DNA of 64,000 nt from Solirubrobacteraceae bacterium. Lineage in GTDB: Bacteria > Actinomycetota > Thermoleophilia > Solirubrobacterales > Solirubrobacteraceae. Location: positions 74,758 to 138,757 of the forward strand of contig DASXZA010000018.1 of NCBI GenBank assembly GCA_036502205.1. The letters run 5' to 3'. Below are positions 62,187 to 64,000 of the stretch, piece after piece (position 1 is the stretch's first letter; each line of letters starts with the position of its first letter). The notes under the pieces are model-generated. The model worked only from the letters and a program-made list of their open reading frames with translations. It searched no databases and was not told the DNA's origin. The position numbers were made by a program, and so were the translations under genes.

Positions 62187-64000
62187 CTATCGGAGCACGA
62201 ATGTCAGCGACCGCGACGGTCCGCCGATGGGGGTCAGCGTCACGCGGTAGCGACCCCCGGCGAGCGTCGCGCGACCGCGCATGTGGAAACGCTCGCCGCC
62301 GCGCCGCGCGCTGAGTGTGAAGGAGCCCGGCTCGAGCTCCCAGCGCGAATGTCCCGCCGTGCGCACCCGTCTCGCGAGCGTCACGCGCACGCGCGCCGCG
62401 GCGTCGATGGTGAAGGCGAACGCGAGTCGCGAGATCGCCAGTGGGCTCTCGCGCAGCAGCGCGGCGCTAGTCGACGCGGTGAGCGCGATGCTCGCGATGC
62501 GCACGGTCTGACCGGAGGCGCCGGGCGAGTCGGTGCTCGGCGTGCCCATCGGCGTGGAAGGCGAGCCGGCGCCGGCGCTCGTGTCGCCGTGGTTTTCGCT
62601 GAGCACCGGTGCGCTCGGCGAGCCGCCGGAGGTCCGTTCGCCGCTTTCGCCGGTACCGCCGCCGGGTTTGCTTTCCGTTTTCGTACCGCCTTCACCGCCA
62701 CCTTTGCTTTCGGGGCTGCCGCCGCTCTGCTGGCCTTCGCCGCTGAGCGTGAACGCGCCGATCCCGTTGGGGGTGCCGACACCGCTGGCGCCGTCGTAGC
62801 CGACGGCGGCGTTGCAGATCAGGGCATCCGCTCCGCAGTCGAACGGCGAGAGCGGTTTCATCGAGCCGCTGCAGGTGACGTATTCGCCATCGCAATCGCC
62901 GTTGCCGCCGCTCGTGACATCGTGCAGCAGACTCGAGCCGAGGTGCGAGTAGAGCGTCTTCGCCGGATATGCGACTTCGTGCGCGCCACCCGCGAGCGCG
63001 AACATCGCAGCGACGATCGGGGACGCGAGGCTGGTGCCGCCGATCGGCACCCACTTGAGCACGGCGGTCCGTTTTTTGCCGCCTTCTTCGTAGGGGTAGG
63101 GAACCGAGTCGTAAACCGCGACGCCGCTGTCCGGGTCGGCGTCGGCGGCGACATCGGCGACGGCGCGCCGGTTTTCGCAGCCGACACTCGCCCAATCGGA
63201 GATCGCGTGCTGCCATTCCGGCGCCGCGAAGCGCAGGCTGCAGCCGCCGCCGCCGGCCCCTTCGCGCGCGCCGTCGCGATCGTCGTTCCAGATGCTCTCG
63301 CCGTCCCACGCGCCGCTGGCGCCGAGCGTCAGGCGCGTACCGCCGACCGCGACGACGTCGGGCGAGGAGGCCGGGAAGTCGGGTTCGTCATATTGCAGCG
63401 GTTCGCTTTCCCACTCGTCCCAGTTCAGATAGCCATCGTCGCCGGCCGAGGCCGTGATCACGGTGTCGGGATGGTCGAACGCCGCGATCTCGCCTTCGTT
63501 CAGTTCGGCTTCCGAGCCTCCCCACGAGTTCGAGATCTCGCTCGCGCGGACCGTGCCCGTCGCAGTGTTCTCGGCGGCCACCAGGTTCGGGTAAGCCGAG
63601 CTGTCGGCCTCTACGAGCACGATGTGGCAGTTCTGACAGACCGCGTGCGCGGCCTCGACGTCGGTCGATATCTCCAGCGCCCAGCCCTCCGCTTCTTCGC
63701 GTTCGGCTTCGGTTTTGGCGACCGGCGGATGGCCGACTTCGCCGCGCTGGTTGAGCTTCTCGAAGCAGCCGTTCGCTTCCGTGCAAGCCGGCAAGTCGAA
63801 TTCCTGGTCGTAGACCTCGAGGTCGGCGGCGATATTGGGGTCGTCGAAGGCGTCGATGAGTGCGATCGTCTGCGGTTCGGAGGTCGGCGCTTCGGGTTTT
63901 TCGCCGGAGAAGTACGCGTCGTTCAGATCGTCGGGGGTCAGGCACGCGGGATAGTCGCTCGCGCACACCGCCGCGGTCGCCGCCATACCGACGGCGGCGC
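62187..64000 (-). CDS. S53/S8-family serine peptidase; 5' end is outside the window
   Basis: WALEISTDVE, ISNSWG, ASAGDDG, FPASSP, GGTSLASP, GYDGASGVGTP. Confidence 0.9.
   Translation of the reverse strand, partial: AAVGMAATAAVCASDYPACLTPDDLNDAYFSGEKPEAPTSEPQTIALIDAFDDPNIAADLEVYDQEFDLPACTEANGCFEKLNQRGEVGHPPVAKTEAEREEAEGWALEISTDVEAAHAVCQNCHIVLVEADSSAYPNLVAAENTATGTVRASEISNSWGGSEAELNEGEIAAFDHPDTVITASAGDDGYLNWDEWESEPLQYDEPDFPASSPDVVAVGGTRLTLGASGAWDGESIWNDDRDGAREGAGGGGCSLRFAAPEWQHAISDWASVGCENRRAVADVAADADPDSGVAVYDSVPYPYEEGGKKRTAVLKWVPIGGTSLASPIVAAMFALAGGAHEVAYPAKTLYSHLGSSLLHDVTSGGNGDCDGEYVTCSGSMKPLSPFDCGADALICNAAVGYDGASGVGTPNGIGAFTLSGEGQQSGGSPESKGGGEGGTKTESKPGGGTGESGERTSGGSPSAPVLSENHGDTSAGAGSPSTPMGTPSTDSPGASGQTVRIASIALTASTSAALLRESPLAISRLAFAFTIDAAARVRVTLARRVRTAGHSRWELEPGSFTLSARRGGERFHMRGRATLAGGRYRVTLTPIGGPSRSLTFVLR

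Overview
High-GC bacterial chromosomal segment; gene content and style (many leaderless-looking genes, secreted proteins with basic C-terminal domains, TetR-wHTH fusion) suggest an actinobacterium, probably Thermoleophilia/Solirubrobacterales (inference). From left to right: the 3' end of an overlapping-gene cluster (ADC synthase, GNAT, HDAC-family deacetylase, PapB-like mutase, BacA-like decarboxylase) pointing to a non-aromatic 4-amino-cyclohexadienyl metabolite pathway; housekeeping enzymes and channels; a scar joining a truncated GMC oxidoreductase to a nuclease fragment; an unannotated 47-aa hyper-acidic ORF; satP-acs; a PspC-kinase/response regulator pair with two ABC systems; pepF; an FG-GAP protein/LuxR/GH76 module; an orphan helical protein; a secreted-proteins/ABC/TetR/glycosyltransferase operon; a complete nuoA-N operon; a degenerate cupredoxin/cytochrome c pair; serS; regulators; an FTR1 iron permease with tandem DtxR-type boxes; and secreted PKD and S53 proteins. 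I saw no tRNA, rRNA, CRISPR array or transposase. Several short degenerate tandem duplications sit at gene ends and junctions. All family calls come from motif recognition by eye, not from database searches.
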